Virus record (IMG/VR): IMGVR_UViG_3300044983_000106
Location: 1-49,822 of that record
DNA: 49,822 nucleotides
Source: a virus
Taxonomy: Duplodnaviria > Caudoviricetes
Strand: one strand, 5' to 3'
Part shown: in pieces, positions 17,240-26,542 of the stretch
Layout: each line of letters starts with the position of its first letter
Position numbering within the stretch: position 1 is the stretch's first letter
The notes under the pieces: model-generated
The model's database searches: none
What the model was told of the DNA's origin: nothing
What the model saw: only the letters and a program-made list of their open reading frames with translations
Position numbers and translations under genes: made by a program

Positions 17240-17263
17240 CCCAATTCGTCCCGGACCCCATGG

Positions 17264-17325
17264 GGGTTGAACAGCATAGCTCAGATCGGAAACGGATGCA
17301 CCATCCACCCAATGTTGTTCAACCC
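17264..17325 (+). promoter_or_regulatory. structured leader upstream of major capsid gene
   Basis: 14-bp stem GGGTTGAACAGCAT/ATGTTGTTCAACCC with inner hairpin, ending just before the SD. Confidence 0.6.
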
Positions 17326-17342
17326 TTTGAAGGACCACCTCC

Positions 17343-18386
17343 ATGGCAGCCATTGGCTCCCTTGCACTAACCTATGCCGATTGGGCGAAGCGGCTCGAAG
17401 ATGGCTATCGCGTAGCCAACATCATCGAGCTTCTGTCCCAAACGAATGAGATCCTCGATGACATCCTCGTTGTCGAAGGCAACCTCCCCACCGGACACAA
17501 AACCACCGTCCGCACTGGTCTCCCGCAGGCCACTTGGCGCCTGTTGAACGCTGGTGTCCCCACTGGCAAATCAACCACTGCCCAGATCATCGACACCGTC
17601 GGCAACCTCGAGACCTATGCCGATATCGACAAGGACATTGCCGATCTCAACGGCAACACCGCTGATTTCCGCCTGAGTGAAGTCCGCGCCTTCCTCGAAG
17701 GCATGTCCCAACAGGTGGCCGCAACCTTGATCTACGGCAATCAATACGTCAACACAGAACGCTTCACCGGCATCATGCCGCGGTACTCCACCATCAACAC
17801 CGCCAACTCCCAGACCGCAGCGAACGTCCTCGACGCCGGCGGCGTCGCCTCAACCAACACCTCCTTGATCATTGCCACTTGGGGTTCAGACACCCTCCAC
17901 GCAATCTTCCCCAAGGGCAAAATCACTGGCCTCCAACATCGCGACATGGGTGAGTGGCCCAACCTTGACGCCTCAGGCAACAAGTATCAAGTCTACCGCG
18001 ACCACTTCAAGTGGGAGATTGGTCTCTGTCTCCGCGACTGGCGCTATGTCGTTCGGGTCGCCAACATCGATGTCACCCAGCTAACCGGTGTCTCCGCGGC
18101 CAACTTGATCAACCTGATCGTCCGTGGCCTCTATCGGTTGCCCACTGCGCCTTCGATGGCCACTGCCATTCAGACCAGTGATTCGCCGATGGTCCGTGCC
18201 AACATGGGCCGGGTGTCCATCTACTGCAACCGCATCGTTCGGACCTACCTCGACCTCCAAGCTATGAATAAGACGAACGTATTACTGCGGTTGGAGGAAT
18301 TTGATGGAAAGGTCATTACGACTTTCCGAGGCATTGCGGTCAGAACTTGTGACGCAATCTTAAATAATGAGGCTCGAGTAACGTGA
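17343..18386 (+). CDS. major capsid protein (Bbp17/epsilon15 gp7-like)
   Basis: ELLSQTNEILDD...EGNLPTGHKTTVRTGLP, GL.LRDWRYVVR.ANID, FRGI.VR.CDAI. Confidence 0.95.
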   Translation: MAAIGSLALTYADWAKRLEDGYRVANIIELLSQTNEILDDILVVEGNLPTGHKTTVRTGLPQATWRLLNAGVPTGKSTTAQIIDTVGNLETYADIDKDIADLNGNTADFRLSEVRAFLEGMSQQVAATLIYGNQYVNTERFTGIMPRYSTINTANSQTAANVLDAGGVASTNTSLIIATWGSDTLHAIFPKGKITGLQHRDMGEWPNLDASGNKYQVYRDHFKWEIGLCLRDWRYVVRVANIDVTQLTGVSAANLINLIVRGLYRLPTAPSMATAIQTSDSPMVRANMGRVSIYCNRIVRTYLDLQAMNKTNVLLRLEEFDGKVITTFRGIAVRTCDAILNNEARVT

Positions 18387-18883
18387 ACATCGATCTCTCA
18401 GCAGATTTCCTTAGGCATCTCCTACACTACGATCCACTTACAGGAGAGTGGACTTGGGTTAATCCGCTACCACGAAGCAAAATGCGGCCTGGAGACAAAG
18501 CTGGTCGCATCACACAAGATGGCCGAAGGCAGATTCGCATCGCCTCTGGCTTCTATTATGCTTCGCGACTCGCTTGGTTATATATGACTGGTGAATGGCC
18601 AAAAGATCAGATCGACCATATCAATCGTATCAAGCGGGATGATCGATGGGAAAACCTTCGCGAGGCGACTCAAAGTCAGAACTCGTTCAACCGAACGTGG
18701 TGTGAAGCCAATGGTGACATGCGAGGGATTCGCACTTGTGGCCATCAATTCGCAGTAAGCATTGGCAACCTCTATCTCGGTTTGTTCTCAACCCTTGAAG
18801 AGGCGAAAGCCGCACGGGATGCTCGACTTGAAGCACGTGCAGGCGAGTTCGCTGTCATTCCCTTTGAAAGGAAAACATCATGA
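18383..18883 (+). CDS. free-standing HNH homing endonuclease
   Basis: YDPLTGEW, RLAWLYMTGEWP..QIDHIN...DDRWENLR; AP2-like C-terminus. Confidence 0.9.
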   Translation: MNIDLSADFLRHLLHYDPLTGEWTWVNPLPRSKMRPGDKAGRITQDGRRQIRIASGFYYASRLAWLYMTGEWPKDQIDHINRIKRDDRWENLREATQSQNSFNRTWCEANGDMRGIRTCGHQFAVSIGNLYLGLFSTLEEAKAARDARLEARAGEFAVIPFERKTS

Positions 18884-19419
18884 TTCTCGACAATCTATTG
18901 TCCTTCGGTATCACCCAAAACCTGGCTCAGGTGACTGGCACCTACACCTCGCTGAACTCTCTCGATCTCCATGTCGCCGCGACCGGCCTCCCGGTCCTTG
19001 CCAACCTTCAGGGCGCCCGCGACCTCGGCATCGGCGACGACCCGGCCCTTAAGCTCTTGGTCCAAGTCACCACTACCTTCACCTCCGGTGGCGCTGGCAC
19101 CCTCCAAGTCAAATTCCAGGGCGCCACTGACAACGGCTCAGGCGCTGCCAACGCCTTCTCGGACTGGTGGGTCTCCCCTGCCTATGCCCTTGCCACTCTT
19201 GTCCAAGGCGCTCGTCTCATGGACATGGACATGCCTCGCCCGCCGGCCGGCATTGCTGTGCCTAGGTTCCTTCAGTTGAGCTACGTAATTGGCGGTGCGA
19301 CCATGACTGCTGGGCAGGTCTCGGCGTTCCTCGTCCTTGATCGCATGGACCAGATGTATCTCTCCACCTCCAACGCAGTGATGGGCGGCTATCCCGCCGG
19401 CATCACCGTGGCGAACTGA
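18880..19419 (+). CDS. capsid cement protein (Bbp16-like)
   Basis: MILD..L.F, RDLGIG, VTTTF...G..TLQV, RFLQLSY. Confidence 0.8.
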   Translation: MILDNLLSFGITQNLAQVTGTYTSLNSLDLHVAATGLPVLANLQGARDLGIGDDPALKLLVQVTTTFTSGGAGTLQVKFQGATDNGSGAANAFSDWWVSPAYALATLVQGARLMDMDMPRPPAGIAVPRFLQLSYVIGGATMTAGQVSAFLVLDRMDQMYLSTSNAVMGGYPAGITVAN

Positions 19420-19431
19420 GGGAGCCCTAGC

Positions 19432-20073
19432 ATGAAACGTCTCCTTCTCGCAACTGCACTGGGCTTGGGGCTTCTGGCCCCAGCCTCGGCTCAGATCAAC
19501 TTCACGCCGCAAACTGGCATCACCTCGGGCTACCTGCCGAAGGTTACCTATTCCTCGGCCTTCTTCGGCTTTGTGCCTTTCACCAGTGCCACTGACGAAG
19601 TCTGTATCTCAGGCTCTGCTACCAAAGTCGTCCGCGTTGATCGCATCGTAATCGGCGGCACCGCCAGTTCCATCATCAACGTCCCGGTGACCGTCCTTCG
19701 TCGAGCTTCCCTCGACACAGGCGGTACCGCAGCGTCCACCACCGCCAACCCTGGTGTTGTTACTCAAATCGCCTCTCGCGACACCGGTCAGGCCCCCAAC
19801 ACTGCCGCCACCGCAGTCTTGGTTTCCTACACCGCAGCCCCAACCATCGTCGACACAGCGCCGGTCTATATCGATTCCGGCACTATGGCCCTTCCTGCCA
19901 CTGGCACTACCAATGGCTTCGGTAACTTGGAGTTCCTATGGTCACGTGATATCGAGAACAACGTTCAAGTTCCAACCCTTCGTGGTGCTGCCCAGCAAAT
20001 CTGCTTGAACTTCAATGGAACCTCTCCCGGTACTGCATTGTTAAATGGCGCCATCACTTGGACGGAGGAATGA
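19432..20073 (+). CDS. Sec-signal, Thr-rich beta protein
   Basis: MKRLLLATALGLGLLAPASA|Q; two Cys. Confidence 0.8.
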   Translation: MKRLLLATALGLGLLAPASAQINFTPQTGITSGYLPKVTYSSAFFGFVPFTSATDEVCISGSATKVVRVDRIVIGGTASSIINVPVTVLRRASLDTGGTAASTTANPGVVTQIASRDTGQAPNTAATAVLVSYTAAPTIVDTAPVYIDSGTMALPATGTTNGFGNLEFLWSRDIENNVQVPTLRGAAQQICLNFNGTSPGTALLNGAITWTEE

Positions 20074-20074
20074 T

Positions 20075-20380
20075 ATGAGTATTTCATTCTGGCCAACGCT
20101 ACAGACAGTTACTAATGGATTGGTGGGGTCTCCTACATCAATAGCTAAAGATTCCCAATGGACTATTGTGACTTGCACATCTACAGATGCAAGTCACGTA
20201 TATGCATCATTGCCTTCAGGTGGTTCTATTGGTGATGTCGTAGAAGTTCATGATTCAGGCAGTGGATGGGCTACTCAAGTAGTTCCCCCATCAGGTGAGT
20301 CATTATATGGTGGTGTTGCGGTCACAGCGCCGAGACTATTTCGTAAGATAGACTCATCCACAGGGTCATATCTAACATAA
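20075..20380 (+). CDS. small fibre-adaptor-like beta protein
   Basis: LPSGGSIGDVVEVHD motif; AT-rich. Confidence 0.55.
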   Translation: MSISFWPTLQTVTNGLVGSPTSIAKDSQWTIVTCTSTDASHVYASLPSGGSIGDVVEVHDSGSGWATQVVPPSGESLYGGVAVTAPRLFRKIDSSTGSYLT

Positions 20381-20390
20381 AGGAGCTATC

Positions 20391-20834
20391 ATGCGTAAAT
20401 ATCTACTCCCTTCAATTCTTATCCTTCTTCTTGGTCTGAGCTATACTCTAGCTCAGACCATCACTAGAGCCCTTCAACTCAGTCAAGATACCACTGGTGC
20501 ATTCAGTGTTGACACTAACAACGGTGTCTACTTTCCCGGCCATATTCTCTCTACCGGCACCAACCGCCCCGCACCAACCGTAGCTGGTACTGGTTCAACT
20601 CCCACCATTGCCTCTACTTCAACTGATAATGCCGGCACAATCACTGCCGGCACCTTATCCACCGTCATCAACCTGACCTTTGGCCAACCTTGGGTATCTA
20701 CACCTAACTGTGTCGTTACTGCTCAATCTGGTGGCACTCCGGTAACTTACACTCCGGTCACTACCTCGCTTGCCATCACCCAAGGCGCCACTACTGGCAA
20801 TAAACTTGGCTATATCTGTCTGAGCCCAAGCTAA
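20391..20834 (+). CDS. Sec-signal, Thr-rich protein with fibre-tip-like C-terminus
   Basis: MRKYLLPSILILLLGLSYTLA|Q; LTFGQPW...PNCVVT...YIC. Confidence 0.8.
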   Translation: MRKYLLPSILILLLGLSYTLAQTITRALQLSQDTTGAFSVDTNNGVYFPGHILSTGTNRPAPTVAGTGSTPTIASTSTDNAGTITAGTLSTVINLTFGQPWVSTPNCVVTAQSGGTPVTYTPVTTSLAITQGATTGNKLGYICLSPS

Positions 20835-21895
20835 TGTTTATTCTCGGCCTATTGCTTCCAATCTGCTACATCCCAGGTTACACTGGGGCGTCAATTCCGA
20901 CGCAGTGGGCCGTGCTATCCCTTACCTTACCTTTCATTCTTCACTACGCGTTCATCTCCCGAGTGTGGTTGGGCTTCATCGCCTTCGCCATCCTTGGCAC
21001 CTTGTGGGCCCCACAGGTCTACGACTCAATCTTCGGTATCTGGGTTGTGGTCTTGTGGGGCCTATCTTTTCAGCTAGGGCAGTCGAGTGAAGACTCAACG
21101 TCACTCTACAAGGGCCTTGCATATGGGCTCTCTGTATCCTCCTTCATTGCCATCTTCCAATGGTTTGGCTACACCCCGCTCCCCGTTGCTTATGGCAACA
21201 ACGTCGCTGGCCTACTCTACAACCGAACCGTCCTCAGCGCCGCATCGGCACTCCTCATCCTCTGTCTAATCGAACACCGCCTATGGCTATACATCCCATC
21301 CCTCCTTCCCGGCCTAATCCTTTCCGGCTCCCGCGGAGGCTGGGTCGTTCTCATCTGCGCCATCGCAGCCCGCATCCATTGGTCCCTAGTCATCGCCCAA
21401 CTCATCCTCGTGGCCCTGATCTTCGGCACCTCCGCATCCAGTTCCGACACCGAGCGATCCCTAATCTGGGCCTCAGCCATCCACGGCCTCAACTGGCTTG
21501 GTTGGTCCGCAAACTCCTTCATAGGCATCTATGTCCTCACCCCCCATTCCCTAATCCATCCGGAGTTCGTTCACAATGATTACCTCCAACTCGGATTCGA
21601 ATTCGGCAGCGCCTCACTCTTCCTATTTTCCATCCCAATCCTATCCTTGGTATGGCGCCCGACATTGGCCGTATTCGGTTTCATCATACTCGCCACATTC
21701 TATTTCCCTCTCTATACCCCACTCACGGCTTTCATTTGCTGCTTTGCTCTCGGCCATTCTCTACGTGGCTTTAGCCCTTCTGGCCTTATCATCCGTCACT
21801 GCCGACCTGATCTCCTACCGTGGGCTTACGACCCAAGACCCGAGTATGACCCAGCTTGGCGCTCAACTCTTTCCATTCAGCCGCGAACTTCGTAA
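20834..21895 (+). CDS. O-antigen ligase / O-oligosaccharyltransferase family (WaaL/PglL, Wzy_C) membrane protein
   Basis: Many TM helices; SGSRGG, ERSLIW, HNDYLQLGFEFG motifs. Confidence 0.82.
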   Translation: MFILGLLLPICYIPGYTGASIPTQWAVLSLTLPFILHYAFISRVWLGFIAFAILGTLWAPQVYDSIFGIWVVVLWGLSFQLGQSSEDSTSLYKGLAYGLSVSSFIAIFQWFGYTPLPVAYGNNVAGLLYNRTVLSAASALLILCLIEHRLWLYIPSLLPGLILSGSRGGWVVLICAIAARIHWSLVIAQLILVALIFGTSASSSDTERSLIWASAIHGLNWLGWSANSFIGIYVLTPHSLIHPEFVHNDYLQLGFEFGSASLFLFSIPILSLVWRPTLAVFGFIILATFYFPLYTPLTAFICCFALGHSLRGFSPSGLIIRHCRPDLLPWAYDPRPEYDPAWRSTLSIQPRTS

Positions 21896-21907
21896 CCGGA
21901 GGCTTAA

Positions 21908-22042
21908 ATGAAACGCTTTCTCCTTAGCGCCTTTGCCTTCTGGTTCGGGTTGGCGCCATCACTGGCTCAGCAGTTCCCTATTCAAGGCGGCGCCGTTCAC
22001 GTCTCTGTCTACTGCAATGGAACTAATTGGATTGTACTTTGA
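21908..22042 (+). CDS. 44-aa Sec-signal mini-protein, possibly internally deleted
   Basis: Hand-translated MKRFLLSAFAFWFGLAPSLA|QQFPIQGGAVHVSVYCNGTNWIVL; SD GGAGG. Confidence 0.7.
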   Translation: MKRFLLSAFAFWFGLAPSLAQQFPIQGGAVHVSVYCNGTNWIVL

Positions 22043-22054
22043 AAGGACCACCCA

Positions 22055-22615
22055 ATGTCTAATGTCGAAGCTCCCCGCTGGCGCCTGACTGAGGCCCACC
22101 ATCTCGCAATCGAAGTCCTTCCCGACGGCACCAAGGTCGAGTGGGAGCACAAGGAAACCTCCCGCGAATCCGGCCGCGCTGTGCGTAAGCTCTTCGCCGT
22201 GCCGATGTTCCTTGAACCCAAGGACGCCGCTGATCACAACTACCCCGGCGAGATCATTGTGGCCCACGAAGTGGACGGTGCCCACAACATGGCCAAGGAC
22301 TACATCTTCCGTGGACCGCCCACTCCGGGGATGGAGCCGCTGAATGAAGCCGCTGAAGTCCTTTCGGAAGAATGGAAACACAAGTGGAACAACCCTGTCG
22401 AATCCCTCCCTGCCAATGGCGGAATGAACGCCGCTGAATCCGCTTTCCTCGCGAAGATGATGGAGGCCTTTGAACGCATTGCGCCGCCGCGGGCCGAACC
22501 CAAGGCCGATCCCAGTGAGGTTGCCGATCTGAAGGAGCGCCTCGCGCGGCTTGAGGCTATACTTGCAGTTCAAGCCAAGCCCGCTGTGGAAGTGCCGGGC
22601 CTTCGGAGAAATTGA
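22055..22615 (+). CDS. hypothetical structural-region protein
   Basis: Genome-typical codons, SD. Confidence 0.75.
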   Translation: MSNVEAPRWRLTEAHHLAIEVLPDGTKVEWEHKETSRESGRAVRKLFAVPMFLEPKDAADHNYPGEIIVAHEVDGAHNMAKDYIFRGPPTPGMEPLNEAAEVLSEEWKHKWNNPVESLPANGGMNAAESAFLAKMMEAFERIAPPRAEPKADPSEVADLKERLARLEAILAVQAKPAVEVPGLRRN

Positions 22616-23055
22616 TGGCGTCGCAACTCGACCTCGATCAAGGCGGAACCAATCGCCAAACCCACCGAGTGTACCTCGGTCCCTCGGTGGGTTGGCAAGA
22701 GGTCTCTTGGGAGTGGGTACTGAACATCACTGTTGGTGGCACCACTACCATGCTACTTGGTTCCAATCTTGTCTTGGTCAACTTCAATGGCGCCGTCTCG
22801 ATCCAACTTCCATCCTTCAAGGCCACCTCTGCTGGCGCCCAAGCAATCCCCCGGCAGTTCTTGATCCTTCCTGTAACCATTTCCGATGTTGGTGGCTTCG
22901 CAGCCGCTAACAACATCACCATCCTCCCATTCGGCACTGAACTAATCTCTGGCCTCTTCAACAACACCACTACCTTACTTCAACTCTCGTCCAACTTCGG
23001 TTCTATCGTCATTCGTCCAGACACTGTTAATGGTGGAGGCACGTTGCTTCAATGA
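22612..23055 (+). CDS. putative tail-fibre adaptor
   Basis: IQLP...VTISDVGGFAAANNITILP.G.E.ISG, resembling fibre proximal domains; no signal peptide. Confidence 0.6.
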   Translation: MMASQLDLDQGGTNRQTHRVYLGPSVGWQEVSWEWVLNITVGGTTTMLLGSNLVLVNFNGAVSIQLPSFKATSAGAQAIPRQFLILPVTISDVGGFAAANNITILPFGTELISGLFNNTTTLLQLSSNFGSIVIRPDTVNGGGTLLQ

Positions 23056-24851
23056 AACGCATTTTACTGGCTCTAGCCATTGCCCTTCTGCCGTCCCTTG
23101 CGTTTGCTCAATGCAACGGCGTCTTTGCCGCCCACACTGTGTGTGGCAACAATACTGCCTCTCCCGGTATCCCAGGTCAAGTTCCACAGGCTTCTATAAT
23201 TGGTCCAGGCGGTTCTAGTGGATCAATTCAATACAATAACGGCGGTTTCTTCGGTGGTGTTTCTGGTACGGCCAATCAAATTCCAGTTTTCCCTGGCGGT
23301 ACGGCTGCCCCAGTTGCAACTACAGCGACAACATGGTTCGATAATGCATTTTGTAATACCATAGGTTATATAATCGCTCGCACTACAGGCGGGTGGGTTT
23401 GTGCACGCGGCATACCGGTTAATATCATATGGCTCGGCGCTATCGCCGATGGTAGCACCGCATACAGTTCGACCAATGCAACAACCAATGCTACTGCATT
23501 AACCACAGCGTTAGCCACGGGCAGTTGTGCCTTTATTCCATACAACGTTAATGGTTACAGTTTCATTGGCAACACAATTGCACTCGCAACTAGCCAATGT
23601 ATCCTCGGTGAAAACCAAGTTCTCTTAAAGTCTCAACCAGCTACCAATGGCTACTTCATCCATGTCACTGCCTTTGAAGTCTTAGCAGCGCCAGCGATCA
23701 TTCAAAACGTCGCTATTGATATGACTGGAGCCGGCACTACATCCACGGCAATTCGCTTTGCTACAGCATCTGGCACTGTAGCCGGTGTGCAGATTTCACA
23801 ACTACTTTGCACAAACACAGTTGAATGTATTGGCGATGAAGTTCCGGCAGTTAATGGTGTTGTAGATCTTAAGCTCTACGATATTCGTATGCTTAAGACT
23901 CTTGGTCGACAAATCTACATTCGCCGTTCTCGGGGGTTTATTTGGCTTGACACAATTCGAATCGATCAAACTGCTGGCGCTGGACAAGCCGCAACTCCGA
24001 CATGGGCTAGTGCTCAATTCGACGATATTATCGGTCTTGAAATCAATCGATTCGACAGCGTTGGTCCTGTAACAACCACATACCAATCAGGTGCCACTGG
24101 ACTTGTAATCAATGGCGCTGGTGGTGGTGCCGCATCAGTTTGGCTGAATCGCATCTTGGTTGATAGCAGTAGTGGGAATGGCATTACTATTTCAGCTATA
24201 AGCCTATTGAATGCAAATTGGATTGAGTCATATGCCAATCTTGGTAATGCTCTTATTCTATCCAATGTGGCTACAAGCCAACTGTCTAACGTATTTATAG
24301 TTGGTGGTGTTGGTTTAACAGGAGCGGCGTCAGCAAATGGATTTTCGTGCACAAACTGTACTAATATAGCTGTGTCTAATCTGTTAACGCAATCCAATAC
24401 TGGCGCGGGCGTAATCGTTTCTGGCACTTCTGACGGATTGACTATCAATGGTCTTTTCGCAATCAGTAACACTAGTTTTGCGATCAATCTCCTTAACGCC
24501 GTAGACAACATTGTCATTACGAATGGCAAGATGTCTGGCAATGGCGGCACCTTTAGCAATTCAACTGGCACGCATAATGTTATTGAGAATATCGTGGGAT
24601 ACAACCCTGTTGGCGTAACGGCTGCTGCAACTATGGGGGCATCTCCAACTACGATAACCGCAGGTCCGACTCCGGAGACGCACTACGTACGTCAATCCGC
24701 TACAAATACTGCAACATGTACACAGAATGGACAGCAAGTTGCGGCGCTATCCAATGCAGCAACATTCTACACAATAGACCTTGGACCAAACGAAAGCTAC
24801 GCTTGTACGTGGGCAACCACAGCCCCGACCTATACTAAATTCGTACACTAA
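23052..24851 (+). CDS. beta-helix tailspike/depolymerase-like protein with Sec signal peptide
   Basis: MKRILLALAIALLPSLAFA|QC; NIIWLGAIADG...NATAL..AL pectate-lyase-3 entry motif; G/N/I-rich repeats. Confidence 0.8.
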   Translation: MKRILLALAIALLPSLAFAQCNGVFAAHTVCGNNTASPGIPGQVPQASIIGPGGSSGSIQYNNGGFFGGVSGTANQIPVFPGGTAAPVATTATTWFDNAFCNTIGYIIARTTGGWVCARGIPVNIIWLGAIADGSTAYSSTNATTNATALTTALATGSCAFIPYNVNGYSFIGNTIALATSQCILGENQVLLKSQPATNGYFIHVTAFEVLAAPAIIQNVAIDMTGAGTTSTAIRFATASGTVAGVQISQLLCTNTVECIGDEVPAVNGVVDLKLYDIRMLKTLGRQIYIRRSRGFIWLDTIRIDQTAGAGQAATPTWASAQFDDIIGLEINRFDSVGPVTTTYQSGATGLVINGAGGGAASVWLNRILVDSSSGNGITISAISLLNANWIESYANLGNALILSNVATSQLSNVFIVGGVGLTGAASANGFSCTNCTNIAVSNLLTQSNTGAGVIVSGTSDGLTINGLFAISNTSFAINLLNAVDNIVITNGKMSGNGGTFSNSTGTHNVIENIVGYNPVGVTAAATMGASPTTITAGPTPETHYVRQSATNTATCTQNGQQVAALSNAATFYTIDLGPNESYACTWATTAPTYTKFVH

Positions 24852-24859
24852 GGAACCCA

Positions 24860-25258
24860 ATGGCTGACGAACCAGAATACAAACTCGACGACTCCCTTAC
24901 CGAACGGGACCTCCTTTTCCGTGTCGTGCGCGAGCTCACCCAACTGCGAAAACAGAACACAGAGTTGTTGGGGTTCTATCGTGAGGCGGAAAAAGAAGTC
25001 CCCGAATCTCTTCGCCGTTTTGCCAATTACTTTCATGATCTTCACGATATCAAGTTCATGTATGAAGAACACGGAAGTCGCCCACCTCAACATACTCTTG
25101 ATGAAATCGAACGCTGCGATGATCGATTTCGCCAAATCCTAAAAGGACACAACACTGATGGTGGTGTCATTGAGAAAATACGACGAGAGATGGCTGCCGA
25201 TCCTGAAAACCGATACAATCACACCAAAGAACTTACTTTCAGAAAGAGCGGCGAATGA
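24860..25258 (+). CDS. hypothetical helical protein
   Basis: 132 aa, SD AAGGA. Confidence 0.7.
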   Translation: MADEPEYKLDDSLTERDLLFRVVRELTQLRKQNTELLGFYREAEKEVPESLRRFANYFHDLHDIKFMYEEHGSRPPQHTLDEIERCDDRFRQILKGHNTDGGVIEKIRREMAADPENRYNHTKELTFRKSGE

Positions 25259-25641
25259 GTGTATTATCAGGTTATGAACTTGGTTGGCTTGTCGGTATCC
25301 TTGAAGGCGAAGGGCACTTTGGTTTATACACAAGCCAAGTCATTGAAGTTAATATGACTGATGAAGATACTATTTACAAGGTAGCTTCATTATTCGAAAG
25401 AGTTTTACAATCTCCTGTGAATGTTGTAGAGCTTCAAAAGGCACGCGGTAAGAACGTTTTCTGCGCAAGAATTTATGGCGAACGTGCTAGAACTGTAATG
25501 CGATTAGTTGTATCGCATATGAGTTCAAGAAGGCGTCAAGTTATCTGGCAGTGCCTTAATGGATATAAGGCACCTAAAGTAGACTTGGTGAAGCTATTAG
25601 GATTAAATCAACAACCTGAAGGAACCAAACCCAATGCGTAA
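25255..25641 (+). CDS. free-standing single-motif LAGLIDADG endonuclease, paralog of 13887
   Basis: WLVGILEGEGHF...V.MTD; shared HMS.RRRQ.IWQ.LNGY; AT-rich. Confidence 0.8.
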   Translation: MSVLSGYELGWLVGILEGEGHFGLYTSQVIEVNMTDEDTIYKVASLFERVLQSPVNVVELQKARGKNVFCARIYGERARTVMRLVVSHMSSRRRQVIWQCLNGYKAPKVDLVKLLGLNQQPEGTKPNA

Positions 25642-25840
25642 GCAAGGCCGTGCGGACAGGGATGTTCGTGAATCTACTCCACCGTCGACGGTGTCGAAGT
25701 CTGTGAGTCCGGCGGGCGCCACTGCTCCCGGCACCATCACCTATAGCAAATCCGCGCCGATGTACGATAACAAACCGGCGTTTCAGTCTCCACCGGCCAA
25801 GGCCAGGGAGTTTAACAAAGGTTCGCAAGGGAAACACTAA
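25634..25840 (+). CDS. hypothetical protein
   Basis: Coupled ORF. Confidence 0.6.
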   Translation: MRKQGRADRDVRESTPPSTVSKSVSPAGATAPGTITYSKSAPMYDNKPAFQSPPAKAREFNKGSQGKH

Positions 25841-25841
25841 G

Positions 25842-26309
25842 ATGAGCATCGACATGAACCGAGTGGGGCTATTGCTCCATGTGATTACCGAGGCCATTCA
25901 ACACGGCTCAGCCTATCGCGACATCATCGCCGAGGCCAATGCGGAGTTGACTGCGGTTAACGACACCGCGCGCAAGGATGCCCTCGACCGAGCAAAGGCC
26001 AAGGCTGATGAGTTCGCCAAGGCCAAAGCCGAAGAACAAGCCCGGGCCGATGAATTGGCTGTGGAGCAAGAGGCCAAGCTGAAGGCTGAGGCTCAAGCCA
26101 AGATTGATGATGAAATCCGCACCAAGGCTCAAGTGCTTGCGGCCGCTCAAGCAAAGGCCGAAGCCGATGCGAAGCCCCCGGCCGATGCCCCGGCTGATGC
26201 GCCAGTCACTGCGCCGCCAGTGTCGTTAACCCCGTCCGAGCCTCCAAGTGGCGATGGCACCTCCGGCCCTGAGGCCACCATGACCACAATCGCTGATCGG
26301 AGGGTGTGA
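25842..26309 (+). CDS. coiled-coil Ala/Lys/Glu-rich protein
   Basis: Composition, operon position. Confidence 0.7.
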   Translation: MSIDMNRVGLLLHVITEAIQHGSAYRDIIAEANAELTAVNDTARKDALDRAKAKADEFAKAKAEEQARADELAVEQEAKLKAEAQAKIDDEIRTKAQVLAAAQAKAEADAKPPADAPADAPVTAPPVSLTPSEPPSGDGTSGPEATMTTIADRRV

Positions 26310-26539
26310 TGGGTGTCTCTCGAGATGGTGGTAAGCCCACCGAAATCGACGTGATGAACTACCGCGAACCCGTTGGCCCAAAGCGCAATTACCCCGCAGC
26401 GCCCGGGCTCGGTGCGGACAACTACGGCTGCTGTGGCACTCAAGGCGGCGGGGGCACCAGTGCGGCCACTGGGGGTGGTGTCGGCATCGTTCGCAAGGGC
26501 GGTGAGAACCGCGACATGGGCACTCAAGGTAAAAGGTGA
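26306..26539 (+). CDS. Gly-rich hypothetical protein
   Basis: Coupled ORF, SD GGAGG. Confidence 0.6.
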   Translation: MMGVSRDGGKPTEIDVMNYREPVGPKRNYPAAPGLGADNYGCCGTQGGGGTSAATGGGVGIVRKGGENRDMGTQGKR

Positions 26540-26542
26540 GTT

